A stretch of 64,000 bases of DNA from Cenococcum geophilum (GCA_050273025.1 CP158635.1:5952001-6016000); one strand, 5' to 3'; counted from the first letter of the stretch, positions 13,011-26,233 are shown. Made by a program: numbers and translations. The notes: generated from the letters alone by a model not told the origin.

Positions 13011-16000
13011 TAGAGGAGGCTTACTAGCATAAATATCATCTAGCTTAAATGGCTTAATTATAGTTAGGCTTAGCCGCTTCGGCCTTATAAGCTATTATAA
13101 TAGCTACTTTAGCTAATATTCTTAGTAAGCCTCTCCCTTTTAGTATAAAGTTACTTAAACTCCGCCTTCCTAGCGTTATAAAAAAGAATTACCTAGACAT
13201 TTTTAAGGATACCTTTAATCCAGTAAACCTCGCCCACCTTTAAGTTTATACCGCTTAAATTAAGATTACTAATAAGATATAGATTAAAAATGGTACTCTA
13301 GTTATAAGGAAGGTAAAGGTAAATAGAAAGCTATTTATAGATAAAGGTGTTTAATTTAAAGGTTTTACTAACTACGTAGTTATTACTAGCACCCTCTATA
13401 TATACCCGCTGGACCTTATTGCTAGTATACTTCTCTAAATATATATAATTCGCACCTTATTAACCTAGTATATCTAAGTAGGTTATATACTTAATTTAGC
13501 ACTTAACTATTACACTTTTATAATAACTAATAGCCAACTAGAGCCCGCTAATTAGTAAATACTAGCCTAGTATATAGCGCCATACCTTATAATATCTAGT
13601 ACTATCGGCTTTACCGCCTTAAAGAGACCTAGATTAAATACCTCTTATACCTCTAATACCTGCCGCAAGTTTAATAGTAGAGGCTGCAATAATATAGCTT
13701 ATAAATACCCGTATAAGTACTTAAAGTGTAGTAAAGATCATATTATATTATCTAGAGCTTATACCTAGAAATAGTAAGGCGAACCTTATAAAGTAGGGTC
13801 TAGCCTAATAATAATATTAACTTTAATTATACGCCTGGGACCTAGGCCTAATATATTACTATTATTCCCTACCTTTATAAAGGCGAAAGCTCTCTACCAC
13901 TCTTTATTACCCCTAAGGATCTTAATATAGTACTTCCTTTTATCTAACTACCTAGGTAATCTACTAGCTATCTTAGTAGGTATCCTAACCTATAGCTATA
14001 AAATAGGAGCCGAATTTATCCCTACCCTAAGATTATATAAGAACTATAACTCCTCTTAAAATAACACCGACCTTATCTTTAAGAAGATAATATTAGACCT
14101 TAAAAAAGGACATATTAGAATTATAATAGGGCCTATTATAGTCTTACCTCTTAGCCTAGTGCCAAAATTAGATAGAGGGTACCACTAAATTTACAACCTC
14201 TCCTTTCCACTAGTATCTTTAGTTAATAACGCAATCCTAGAAGAATATAGAGCACTAGTATACACTACAGTTACCGCTATTTAAGCCTATGTTATTTCTA
14301 TAGGTTATAGATATCTACTGCTTAAAAGAGATATTAAAGACGCGTTCCATATAGTCCCCCTATCTTATAGGGTAAGATTATTAATAGGCTTCTCCTAGAA
14401 AGGTATTACCTACTAAAAATACTACCTATCCTTTAGTCTTTAAACTGCGCCGCTTATATTTAACCTCTTTATAAAAGGCCTGCACTAAATACTCTATTTA
14501 TAACTACCTTATAAGGTAGAACACTACCTAAATAACTTTATTTTTATTCTTACCAACCTAAACAACTTAGCGGCTGTTACCTAGACTTATATCTCTATTA
14601 CTAACTCCCTAGGTATCCCTTAAAATGGCTTTAAGGACATAGCAGGAACTATTATTAAGGTTTTAGGATACACTATTAACACTGTATAAATATAAACGTA
14701 ATTATTACTATAGAAATAATTACGCACTATTAAGAAAGTCACTACTGCATTCTAATATAGCTTATTATTGTTCCTTTAAGCCTAGTAGCTTATGGGCTAC
14801 CTTATATAGTACACCTATATAATTAAACTTGGTTAATCTTACTCTAAATCCCTCTAAATCTTTATTACTACTTAACTAAAGACTCTAACAAATAAGTATA
14901 AACCTAGGCGATTTAGCACTAAGTTGCGACGTAACTTATATATCTAGCTTAACCTACTTACTATAAGTAATAGGGTATTGTTCTTTAACAACATTAAGCG
15001 TACCTATATTTATCTCTTTACTAACGCCTCTACCCGGTTTAGGTTTGGTGGCTTTTACTTCTTTAAGGAACTTAAATACAAGAATAACTAGTAGTAGTAC
15101 ACAGCTAACCTCCCTTAATCTTAGGCGTTTAGTATATTACCTAAGCCCAGTTAATAAGCAGACTATATTAATCTAAAAGAGATATATACTATTGCTTACG
15201 CATTTAATCTATGGTCTACCAACTAGCAGTATAGCGCGCTATCTATTTACACTAATAGTATAGTGGTTTACTAGGGTATTAAGAAAACTGTTATCTATAG
15301 CGTAGTAAACAAATCGCTCCATAAGATTATGCTAGCTACTATAGCTTATAATATTATAATATCCATAAAGTAGATCCTAGGTGATTTAAATAGCTTAGCT
15401 AATATACTATCTTAATTTTAGGCTACGGCTATCTATTAGTTCTGCCCATACTAGGCCCTTAATTTATTACTACTAAAGCTAATAAGTTTTTAATAGGTGC
15501 CGCAAACCTAATAGACTACTTATAACCACCTATAAACTTTAAAGATAATATTAACGCGCCATTTAACCTCTACGCGCTCCTTCTTTGGCACGGCCTTACG
15601 CTAGCAACCCGTAGGAACTATTCTTTAGCAGTTAATAGCTAGGAGTTATACTACGCACTTAAAGAAGTCTTCCCCTACCTAGCTAAGCCGCGTAAACTAG
15701 GCGAATGGATTGCCCGCCGTATATTTAGTACCTCCTAGCCATAAATAAGTAGGTTTAAGGCCGAAACCTTATAAGCCTATATCTCCGTAATTCGCTCGCG
15801 CCACGTAGATTACGGTATCTTAATTACAGCATTTAAGGATCCTATAGTACACCAATTACTCACTAAAGCAGCCACTATCTCTCCTTTAGTAAAAAAGGAC
15901 AAGTAACCTATTACTAGGGATATTTTAGCCTAGGTAGTAATATACGGCCTATTGCTACCGGATATTAATACTAATGCCGCATTCACCCTTACATTTACTA

Positions 16001-16659
16001 GATTTCTATAAATAGGCGAGATTACGTATACTATGGCGGAGTTTAAGAACCAAACGACCTTCCTAGCAAAAAAGGCCACCTGGTATAATATCACCTTTAT
16101 ACCTAGTAGGATAATATTCCGCCTTAAATAGAGTAAAGCTAATAAGTAATACTAGGGCGTTAATATCGCTATTACGGCGGTAGGCGGCCTATTATACCCA
16201 GTCGCTACTATAATAAAGCTATTTAATAGGGACCCTTAACCCCTTAACTCTCCCTTATTTAGTCTTAATAGTAAACCCTTTACCTCTCTAGGGGTTTGCA
16301 AGATCCTTTCCTCCTATCTAGTAGCTACTAGGATTAACCTAAGTAGCTACTTAAACCACTCCTTCCGCTAGGGCGCTGCTTGGTTTACTAAAGATTTAGG
16401 GTGTTTATATTAGCAAATTTAGTAGCTAGGTTGGTAGTTATTAGAAGCCCTTTGCTTATATATTAGAACTAAGACTACTAACCTCCGTCGCCTTAACTCT
16501 TACTTCTAGCGTAGTATGCCTCTCTTAGCGTAAGGATTACTAGGTAGTAGGTTAAGATATTAAGACGGCCGCTAAGGCGCTAATAGTAAATAAGCTAATA
16601 GTAATTTTCTATACCGGGCATAGAAAATCCTAATTGGTTAGCTTATAACTTAGGGTCTA

Positions 16660-16852
16660 TAGAATATAGCAGAATATAATAATATAGCAGAATTTAGCAG
16701 AATACGATAATGTGGTAGAATTTGGTAGAATATAATAATATGGCAGAATTTGGCAGAATGCGATAATATAGCAGAATTTGGCAGAATATAATAATATAGC
16801 AAAATTTAGTAGAATACGATAATATGGCAGAATATGGCAGAATACGGTAATG
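16660..16852 (+). repeat. Degenerate ~28-bp minisatellite (GCAGAATTTGGCAGAATACGATAATATG)
   Basis: About 6-7 tandem copies with RIP variants, downstream of the YR ORF. Confidence 0.8.
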
Positions 16853-17128
16853 TCTTATTAGGCGCAGGAGCTTTACTTAGGGATATCTGGCCGCTTTAGG
16901 GCAAATGCTTAGCAGATTTAAGTGCTAGGTACTAGCAAAACTATTAAAAACTAGCCCTAGAGCGACCTTATAGCCCTACGCCTCCCAATTATATAAAAAT
17001 TAAATATACCCTTACGTGACTGTGATAGATAAGGCATTTAAATAGAAGTGGGGGTAGGATTATATTATTCTTATAGCACTTATAAATTTAAAAGAAAGTA
17101 TAGTATAAGTGGTAGATAAGGCAAGATA

Positions 17129-17586
17129 GGTAATTAGGACACTCCTATATAGGAGTCTTAAAGTAGTAACCTAATAGTATTTTTCCTCCCGTTAATATAG
17201 TATGGGTATACTACTTAGAGAGGTACTCTTTATATTACCACTTATATTTACCTTAGAGGTTTTTTATACCTATATTATAGTAGTAGTCTATATAAACCTT
17301 AATTAGGACTATATTAGACGTTAATTAAGAATTAAGAATAAGAATTAATAGATAATTCCTTCTAAATTATTATTATTTAATCTTATTTAATATCTAATAC
17401 GGTTCTAAGCTTAGTTTATATAAATAAATACTAATTAATTAGGTATAAAAATCCTCTAAAAAAGGCGATATAAGAGGTAATATAGTATATACCACTTTAG
17501 GTAGTACGCCCGTACTATATTAACGGGAGGGAAAATACTATTAGGTTGCTACTTTAAGACTCCTATAAGGGAGTATTCTAATTACC
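17129..17586. mobile_element. MITE (~458 bp) with ~140-bp imperfect TIRs, TA flanks
   Basis: 17129-17270 (GGTAATTAGGACACTCC..TTAAAGTAGTAACCTAATAGTATTTTTCCTCCCGTTAATATAG..) is the reverse complement of 17441-17586. TA on both sides; AT-rich spacer. Confidence 0.78.
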
Positions 17587-17821
17587 TATTTATAAAGGCT
17601 TAGTTAAAAGAACAGAATTTATTAGTAGCTAGTAAATAAGAATTCTAAAATAAGGACTAAAAGAAGGTTAAGGAAAGGATACGTCTATATATATAAGCTA
17701 AGGCTTAGCTTAGCCGAGTCCCTAACTAGGGCCTATAATAGTACCGTAATATTACCCCACCTTTAGTAATATAATGGGACTTTATAGACAGGGGGCTATA
17801 AGGATATAATTATAGAATAGG

Positions 17822-18046
17822 TATTACAGCACTGGCAGAAAGCGGCAGCTATAGTAGACGTTATAGTAGATATAGGGCTTACGTGACTTTTATGTGACTA
17901 GGGATCGTATCTAACTCCTCGCGTTACTACTTATCCTTTCCTTTCCTTTTCCTTAGCTTTAGATTCTCGTTTATAGACAATCCAATTATATAGGCTTGCG
18001 CGACCCTTTTGCCGTACTTACATCTTAATTAACTAAGTCGCTAATA
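17822..18046 (+). repeat. 5' LTR of G4 (225 bp)
   Basis: Direct repeat of 26009-26233, differing mostly by transitions. Confidence 0.93.
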
Positions 18047-21000
18047 TTATCTAAAGTTTAAACCACTCTTTCTTCCTAAAAAGGAACTTAAATATATCTA
18101 TAAGACTATAAATAGGACCCTAAGGACATTACTAGGACTAAGGAAAGAACCTAAAGGAAAAGAATAGAACCCTAAGGAAAGGACCTATAAGACACGCATA
18201 GACTAGAACCCCTAAAGAGATTACCTAGAATTACCTAATACCCTAGCACTATACTACAAAATATAGTAGTATCTTAAGCAGCTATAGGATCCGCAAACAC
18301 CTTAGATAAGGAGATAATTAATATCTTAACCCCCTAAGCGGAGCTCGTAGCAGCCAATGCCGAAATTAAGCGGCTATGAGAACTGCTTAAACCTAGAGAT
18401 ACCCCTATATCTAGCGATGACCTATTAGACAGACTCGCTACGGTCCTTAAGGCCCTAGCCTAATATATAGTATTAGTATTGTTATGGTCTATAAAGGTCG
18501 CGGATCCCCTATTGCTTATAGACAGAGCCGACCCTATATTTAATAATTGGAAGCTTTAATTATAGAATAAGCTTAAAGTTAATGCGGACTACTTCCCTAC
18601 TACTTAAGCTAAAATAGCCTACGTCTTCGGCCGTACTAGCGGAGACGCCTAAACGTACCTACGTCCGTAATATGCTATAGACTTAGTAGACCCTTTTATC
18701 TTAGAAGAAGAAATAATTAACTACCTATCTTCTATCTATAAGGACCCTTTTAGGGTATAAAACGCCCGCCTTAGCTATAAAAGTCTAAACATAAAAATAA
18801 TGGAGACCTTTTTAGCCTTCTAGACCCGCTTCTTATACCTAGCCGGATAAGCCTAGATTCCCTAGGAAGATCTACTGCTAGACCTCTTTAATAAGCTTAC
18901 CTTAGACCTATAGCGGGCCGTATTACTAGCTTTTACTACTATATAGATGTTAAAAGAACTTATAAACTACTGCCTGGCCATTAACTAAGGCCTCTATTAA
19001 ATTAAAGTACGAGCTAACCGGATAAAGGCTAGGAATCCCTTAAATTAAGCTATAAGTAATATAAGAACGGCCTATAATACCCTAGTATAACCCGCAACGC
19101 CTACTACACTAGCCGCCAACCTAGTAACTAGCCGTGTAGCTAGCCCTACCGCGGGCTAAGCGTTTACTCAGCCTATCTACAGCGACCCCTATATATAGGC
19201 CCTTAGCGATTAAGGGGCTTGCTTCTTATATAGTTAAAAAGGCTACCCTATAAGGAATTACCTAATAAAGGTAAAAGTAAACGAGGTCCTATTAATTTAG
19301 AAGAATAGTATAGAGTTAGCAAAAGAGGAACCCTAGAGAAAGACTTCTCTCTAGGGTTAAAAGGGATTAATATATTATATATTAATCTAGGTTAGCTAGT
19401 TAGTAGAAGAAGCTGCACTATCCCTTATACTTTATTTCGCAATAGATACTAAGTTTTAACCTCTACCTTAGCTAACTTAGGAGTAAACGCCTTTATCTTA
19501 ATTAATATAAAGTGCGCTATAAAACTAGCTAACTTTTTAAATATACCTTTAGAAGAACTACCTAAGCTAATTCCAATTTATGGGTATAACGGATAGGTGG
19601 GACCTCCTATTATAACAATCTTATAGATCTACCTCCGCGTAGATAGACGAAGGTAATATAACATCCCCTTTCTTATTACGGATCTTAGGAGCTATAATAT
19701 GATTTTAGGGAGGAAATAGCTAGCCTATTTAGGCTTATAGCTTAACGTATAAAGTAGACGGCTTATCTAGCCCGAAACCCTACCCCTAACCCCTTCTTTT
19801 ATAAAAGAAATTAGTATTATAATAGAGAACCTTATGCAACCCTAGATTAATACTATCTACTAGGCCGATGCTATATGTAAAGACTAGGCCTTTAAGAAGG
19901 ATATACAGCTTAACCCGCAACGGATCCGCATATTACGCCGCCCCTAGACTTATATTACGCCACCCGCACTAAAGACTTAGGAAGTTGGTAGTGACCTATC
20001 TAAGTTCCTAATGGAGAACTTAGGCCCTACGCAGCTATAAAGAAAGGCTAGGAATATTGGACGATATACTAAACAGATAAACTAGAAGGATAACTTACGG
20101 AAAATAGAATGCGAGCTAAGGAAGACTATAAACCCTATACCGCAAAATACGGCCCAATAAATATCCGTAAAGAAACCTACGAACCTCCTACCAGTTAATA
20201 TCTACTGTATTAGCGCTATAGGATTCTACTAGAACTTGGTTTAGCCGAATACCGTTACCTTTATAACTAGCTTATATAAAATCAATTAAATAATTAAAGA
20301 AAAAGAGATATTAGCCTAAGATAAAGACAAGCTTATAGATAAGGAGCTAGTAGAATGGAAACTACCCTATTAGTACTAAGAGTTTAAGGACGTATTCTCT
20401 AAGGCAGTATTTAATATACTCCCACCCTACTAACCATATGACTATAAGATTAAGATTAAACCAGATAAGGAAAACGTCCTTGGCTATACCCCCCTTTATA
20501 AATAATCTATTGCCGAATTATAGGCTACTAAGTAGTATATTATAGATAACCTAGTAAAGGGGTTTATTAAGCCTAATTAGGCCCTATTTGCCTCCCCTAT
20601 TCTCTTTATAAAAAAGCTAAACAGAGGACTTTATTTCTACATTAATTACTATAAGCTTAATAATATAACCCGCAAAGACTATTATCCGCTACCCCTACTA
20701 AATAAGACGCTGGCCCGAATAAATAGAGCTAAGGTATTTATAAAGCTTAATATCCGTTAGGCCTTTTACTAAATTAGGATAAACCCGAGATCTATAAACC
20801 TTACTATATTTCAGACTTAATACGGATTGTATAAATATAAAGTACTCCCTTTTAGACTAACTAACGGACCTACTACGTACTAACAATATATAAATAATAT
20901 ACTCTTTAACTACCTTAACAACTTCTATACAGCCTACCTAGATAATATTATAATTTACTTGGAAAATAAGTTAGAATACAAAGAGCACGTCTATAAAGTC

Positions 21001-22854
21001 CTATAACGGCTCTATAAGGCTGGCCTTTAGGCCAATATTAAAAGGTTAGAGTTTAGTATAAAGCAAATAAAGTACCTAGGGTTTATTATTAGTATAGATG
21101 GAATTAAGGCAGACCTAGAAAAGACGGCTATAATTAATTAATGGGAACCACTACGGACCGTAAAAGGGATATAGTTATTTTTAGGCTTCTATAACTTCTA
21201 CCAACGCTTTATTAAGAACTATAGCAGAATTACTTAGCCCCTTAGCCGCCTTACTATAAAGAACTAGCCCTTCTACTTTAATACCGTATATAGGCAGGCT
21301 TTTAATAAGCTTAAAAAACGACTAGTCTCTACTCCCTTACTCGCCCACTTTAACCTAAAACGGCCCTTAATGCTAGAAACCGATGCCTTAGATAGTATTA
21401 TTGCTAGCGTTTATTCCCAGAAGCAGATAGATGAAGAGTAGCACCCTATTACTTACTACTTAAAGACTATAGTAGATGCTAAGCTAAACTACCCAATCCA
21501 TAATAAAGAAATATTAGCTATTATCTTTAGCTTCTAGCACTAGCGAGTATAGCTAGAAGGGACCCCTAAGCCTATCTAAGTAGTTTTAGATTATAAGGCT
21601 TTAGAATATTTTATAATAATAAAAGCCCTTACGGCCCGGTAAGTGCGCTAGGCGGATACCCTATCTTAATTCCACTTCCTAATTATATATAAGCTAGGCA
21701 CTATTAACCGTGCGGACGCTCTTATAAGGCGTAAACAGGACCTAAATAACTAGATAGCCGCGAAGATCTTATTACGGACCTAGACGCTACTATAACTAAA
21801 GCACCTTAACCCTTAGATACGGGAAGAACTAAGTACTAAATCTTTAAGCGCTAAGATATATCCTATTAACCCTGTGGAATTTAACCTTATTAATAAACTA
21901 CTATAATCAAACTGCATAGACCCTTCTCTACAGAAGTACCGCGAAAAGGCAAAGGATATTAGCAGCCTATAGTCCCTTAAAAATGGACTACTTAAGTATT
22001 AGGAACGGCTAGTAGTAGTAAAAAAACAGAACTTATAAACCCGGCTTATTACCAAAGCACATACCTAGGTCTTTACGGCTTACCCTAGAAAAAATAAGAC
22101 CTATAAGATTATTAGTAACCGTTACTACTGGCCCGGAATAGTTATGGATATTAACCGTTATATATAGAACTATAACGACTACCATAGGTCTATAATTCCA
22201 CGAGATAAGACCTTAGGACTATTAAAGCCACTCCCAATACTAGAGCGCCCCTAGTAGTATATCTCTATAGACTTCTATAAACTACTAGTAGACCGTAACG
22301 GGTACGATATAGTTATAATCTTAGTTAACCGTTTTAGTAAACGCTCTTTCTTAATCCCCTATTATAAGGATATTAATGCTAAAGAGGCGGCTTAACTATA
22401 TATCTATTACATCTACTAAATTTATAAACTACTAAATACTATTATATCGGACCGCGGACCGTAGTTTATATCGGCTTTTTAGAATAAGTTTACTTAAATC
22501 CTAAAAATTAGGCTAAAGCTTTTTATAGCATACTACCCCTAGATAGACAGTTAGATAAAGATTATAAATTAATACTTAGACCAGAGACTTTAGCCCTTTA
22601 TTAACTACTTCTAAGATAACTAAGGCAAACTGCTACCTCTAATAGACTATACCTAGGCGACCCTACCTTATAACTTTACGGGATTTATACCTATCTAACT
22701 AGAAATAGGGTATCTACTATAAATAAGCTTTAACTAGGATAGACTAAAAGGACTACGGACTATACGCAAGAAACTGTCTTATAGGGAAGCCTAGCACATC
22801 GGGAAAATATTCGCAGGATGAGATTTAAGTAGACTTTGGTTTTCGCGTTTCGCG

Positions 22855-23220
22855 TAATTAACATACAATTTAACTAACTTAACACGCAATTAACTAACTT
22901 AACACGTAGTTGACCTACTTAATATACAATTTAACTAACTCGACACGCAGTTGACCTACTTAATATATAATTTAACTAACTTAACACGTAGTTAACCTAC
23001 TTAACATATAATTTAACTAACTTAATACGCAGTTAACCTACTTAATATGCAATTTAACTAACTTAATACGCAGTTAACCTACTTAACATACAATTTAACT
23101 AACTTAATATGCAGTTAACCTACTTAATAACTTTAAAAGCTAACTGTATATCCTTTAACACGCAGTTAACCTACTTAATAACTTTAAAAGCTAACTATAT
23201 ATTTCTTAACGTGCGATTAA
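22855..23220 (+). repeat. ~20/21-bp alternating minisatellite (CGACACGCAGTTGACCTACT / ..CAATTTAACTAACT)
   Basis: Visible tandem copies with RIP variants. Confidence 0.85.
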
Positions 23221-23307
23221 GGTAAAGTTATATACTATATATTTAACTATTATATATAATCTTATATAATCTTATACAATCTTATACAATCTTATAGTCT
23301 TACTACT

Positions 23308-23701
23308 TAGAGGCTCTGCACAAGGCTCTACACGAAGCTCTGCGTACAGAGGCTCTATATAAAGCTCTGCGCATAGAGGCTCTGCACAAAGCTCTGCATG
23401 AAGCTTCGCATAAGGCTCTACACGAGGCTCTACACGAAGCTCTGCGTATAGAGGCTCTGCACGAAGCTCTGCACAAAGCTCTGTACGAGGCTCTGCGCGA
23501 AGCTCTGCACGAAGCTCTACACGAGGGTCTGCGCGAGGGTCTGCGCGAGGGTCTGCGCGAAGCTCTGTGTATAGAGGCTCTGCACGAGGCTCTGCGAGAA
23601 GCTCTGCGTACAGAGGCTCTGCACGAGGCTCTGCGCGAAGCTCTGCGTACAGAGGCTCTACACGAAGCTCTGCGTACAGAGGCTCTACACGAAGCTCTGC
23701 A
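23308..23701 (+). repeat. 12/17-bp minisatellite (GAGGCTCTGCAC / GAAGCTCTGCGTACA)
   Basis: Dozens of GCTCTGC-core tandem units. Confidence 0.9.
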
Positions 23702-23832
23702 TCGGGTCCCCGCTATATTCCCAATAGCCTCTACACGTGCCTCTACCCTATGTAGCCACCTTATTTTTTACCCTTCCTTCCTTCTTTATATCCTCCCTAC
23801 CTAGGGAGGCACCAGAACGGCAGCCAGCAGAG

Positions 23833-24622
23833 GACCGTTGCTAGAACTAGACGACCGTCGCCAGAACCAGATGACCGTTACCAGAACCAGACGACCATCG
23901 CCAGCCAGACGACTGTCGCCAGAACCAGACGACCGTTGCCAGAGCCAGATGATCGTCGCTAGAACCAGACGACCGTCGCCAGCTAGACGACCGTTACCAG
24001 AACTAGACGACCGTCGCCAGAACCAGACGACCGTCGCTAGCCAGACGACCGTTACCAGAACTAGATGACCGTTGCCAGAGCCAGACGACCGTCGCTAGAA
24101 CTAGACGACTGTCACCAGAACCAGACGACCGTCGCTAGAACTAGACGACTGTCGCCAGAACCAGACGACCGTTACCAGAACCAGACGACCGTTGCCAGAG
24201 CCAGACGACCGTTGCCAGAGCCAGACGACCGTCGCTAGAACCAGACGACCGTCGCCAGCTAGACGACCGTTACCAGAACTAGACGACCGTTGCCAAAGCC
24301 AGACGATTGTCGCCAGAACCAGACAACCGTCGCCAGCCAGACGACCGTTACCAGAACCAGACGACTGTTGCTAGAGCCAGACGATTGTCGCCAGAACCAG
24401 ACGACCGTTACCAGAACTAGACGACCATTGCCAGAACCAGACGACTGTCGCTAGAACCAGACGACCGTTACTAGCTAGACGACCGTTACCAGAACCAGAC
24501 GACCGTCGCCAGAACTAGACGACCGTTACCAGAACTAGACGACCGTTGCCAGAGCTAGACGACCGTCACTAGAACCAGACGGCCGTCGCCAGAACTAGAC
24601 AACCGTTGCCGTCGCCAGATGA
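23833..24622 (+). repeat. 20-bp minisatellite (CCAGAACCAGACGACCGTCG), roughly 40 units
   Basis: Head-to-tail copies with occasional 16-bp variants and no spacers. Confidence 0.92.
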
Positions 24623-24679
24623 TAACGACTAGCCAGCCAACACTATAAACGATTCGATTGATTAATCGAATTAAGGTAG

Positions 24680-25021
24680 CACAGACAGGTAGGCATAAAT
24701 AGGTAGATGCTAACGGGTAGGTAGATATAGATAGGTAGGTAGATGCAGATAGGTAAGCAGATATAGATAGGCAGGCAGATGCAGATAGGTAAGTAGATGT
24801 AGATAGGTAAGTAGATGTAGATAGGTAGGCAGATATAGACAAGTAGATATAAATAGGTAAGCAGATACAGATAGGTAGGTAAATGCTAATAGGTAGGTAA
24901 ATATAGATAGGTAGGCAGATGTAGATAGGTAGGCAAATGCAGACAGGTAGATGTAGATAAGTAGGCGATATAAATAGGTAGGCAATGTAGGCAGGTAGGT
25001 AAGTCAATAGGTAGATAGGTA
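24680..25021 (+). repeat. ~18-bp purine-rich minisatellite (AGGTAGGCAGATGCAGAT)
   Basis: Tandem degenerate copies; the source of the spurious YLPI/YLST ORFs. Confidence 0.85.
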
Positions 25022-26008
25022 GAAAAGAACCATCGCTGTATTATATTAAATTATCTAAAATAATAATATTTATTTTGCTAGCCTTATAAATAGCTTTAAA
25101 ATAGCTTTTATTTATTTAAAATATATTATTAGTATAAAAGAGGTAAATATAATTATGGTTGCCAAATGCGCAGATTGCTAGCAGGTTGCGCGCAGGCTAC
25201 GCGCAGGCTGCGTGTCAAAAAAACACGACATAGGCTAGTCGGTCGAGTTGCCAAATGCCCTCAACTGCGCGCCAATTGCGTCAACCACCAACCATTGAGG
25301 CCATTTAAAGGGTACCATATTTTGCCGATGCAGTACGCTAAGCGCTTAGAGGAAGCCTAGACGGTAGCCCGTACAAATCTAGAAAAGGCCTAAAAATTAA
25401 TAAAATAGCAGGCCAATAAGCATAGGCGCGAGCCCGACTTTACCGTAGGTAATATAGTCTAGGTTATAATAAAGAACTAGAAAACGGAACGGCCTAGTTA
25501 TAAGCTTAATTATTAAATAGCAGGACTGTATAAGGTCCTTAAGAAAATAGGCAACTTATATAAAGTAGAGCTCCCAGATTTAATTAAGGTTTACCCTATT
25601 TTCTCGCTGGATAAGCTACGGAAGGCTATAAACGACCTATTAGCTAAATAAAAGAACAAACCCCCCCTGCCGATCTAAGTTAATAGCGATAATAAATAGG
25701 AAATTAAGGAGATACTGACCTATAAGCTAGTAAGGAAAACGCTAAAGTATCGTGTTAGTTGGAAAGGCTATAACCTAGATCTTACCTAGTACCCTATATG
25801 GAACTTTATCGGCAGTCCCCATAAGCTTTAAGAATTCTATAGCCGTTACCCTAATAAACCGGGACCGCTAAAGTACCTAGACAAATGGATAAAATACTAG
25901 TATAATAAAGATGATAAGCTACCAAAAGAGTATAAAGATAAGAACGCCCTATAGGTATAATACGGACATATAAAGCCTAAGGGCAGGCTTTTGCGGAGGG
26001 GAGGGTAA

Positions 26009-26233
26009 TGTTACAGCACTGGCAGAAAGCGGCAGCTATAGTAGACGTTATAGTAGACGTAGGGCTTACGTGACTCTCACGTGACTAGGGATCGTATATA
26101 ACTCCTCGCGTTGCTACTTATCCTTTCCTTTCCTTTTCCTTAGCTTTAGATTCTCGTTTGTAGACAATCCAATCGTACAGGCTTACGCGACCCTTTTGCC
26201 ATGTTTATATCTCGATTGACTAAGTCGTTAACA
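26009..26233 (+). repeat. 3' LTR of G4 (225 bp)
   Basis: TGTTA...TAACA after the PPT, followed by TSD ATAGG. Confidence 0.93.

Larger units (their letters stand above)
12150..16990 (+). mobile_element. RIP-inactivated tyrosine-recombinase retrotransposon (DIRS order, Ngaro-like); ends approximate
   Basis: Gag-like Cys/His finger CRKFNSRGC...(C)KYP(H)K(C)LKC..DH at ~13660-13745. RT motifs (H)(D)LSFP, KRDIKDAFH, LSF(G)L(R)TAPLIFNLF and HYL(DD)F at ~14522. RNase H FT(D)AS at ~15016. YR motifs L(A)F(AG)FL(R)(M)GE at ~15990, RLK(R)SKA(D) and HSFR(Q)GAA at ~16358, all on one strand. No methyltransferase domain recognised. Confidence 0.88.
22797..25330. mobile_element. Non-autonomous TIR element (2534 bp) packed with tandem-repeat arrays, inserted in G4 pol
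   Basis: 14-bp TIR CATCGG(G/C)AAAATAT and 2-bp duplication CA. The G4 pol frame (..EA(Q)|QYAKRLEEAW..) is contiguous in sister copy G3. Confidence 0.85.
17822..26233 (+). mobile_element. Full-length RIP-inactivated Gypsy chromovirus G4 with both LTRs
   Basis: LTRs at 17822-18046 and 26009-26233, TSD ATAGG (17817-21/26234-38). gag ends at ~19330, then protease, RT (YLD(D)I at ~20935), RNase H, integrase and chromodomain (~25690-25880). PPT GGAGGGGAGGG at ~25995. Confidence 0.95.

Noticed and set aside
15560..16510. Starship captain or Crypton recombinase
   Set aside because: The YR is short, intronless and directly follows DIRS-type RT/RNase H on the same strand, so it belongs to the retroelement.
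16568..16641. Hammerhead or HDV-like ribozyme reading of the shared hairpin module
   Set aside because: Even after de-RIPing I could not place a CUGANGA/GAAA core or the HDV P1/P3/L3 elements.
23833..24622. CRISPR-like array
   Set aside because: Units are head-to-tail with no unique spacers and no cas genes, in a eukaryotic context; it is a minisatellite.
23567..25007. Repetitive ORFs (YRGSAR, RTRRPSPA, YLPIYI)
   Set aside because: Translation artefacts of tandem arrays, mostly with non-ATG starts.
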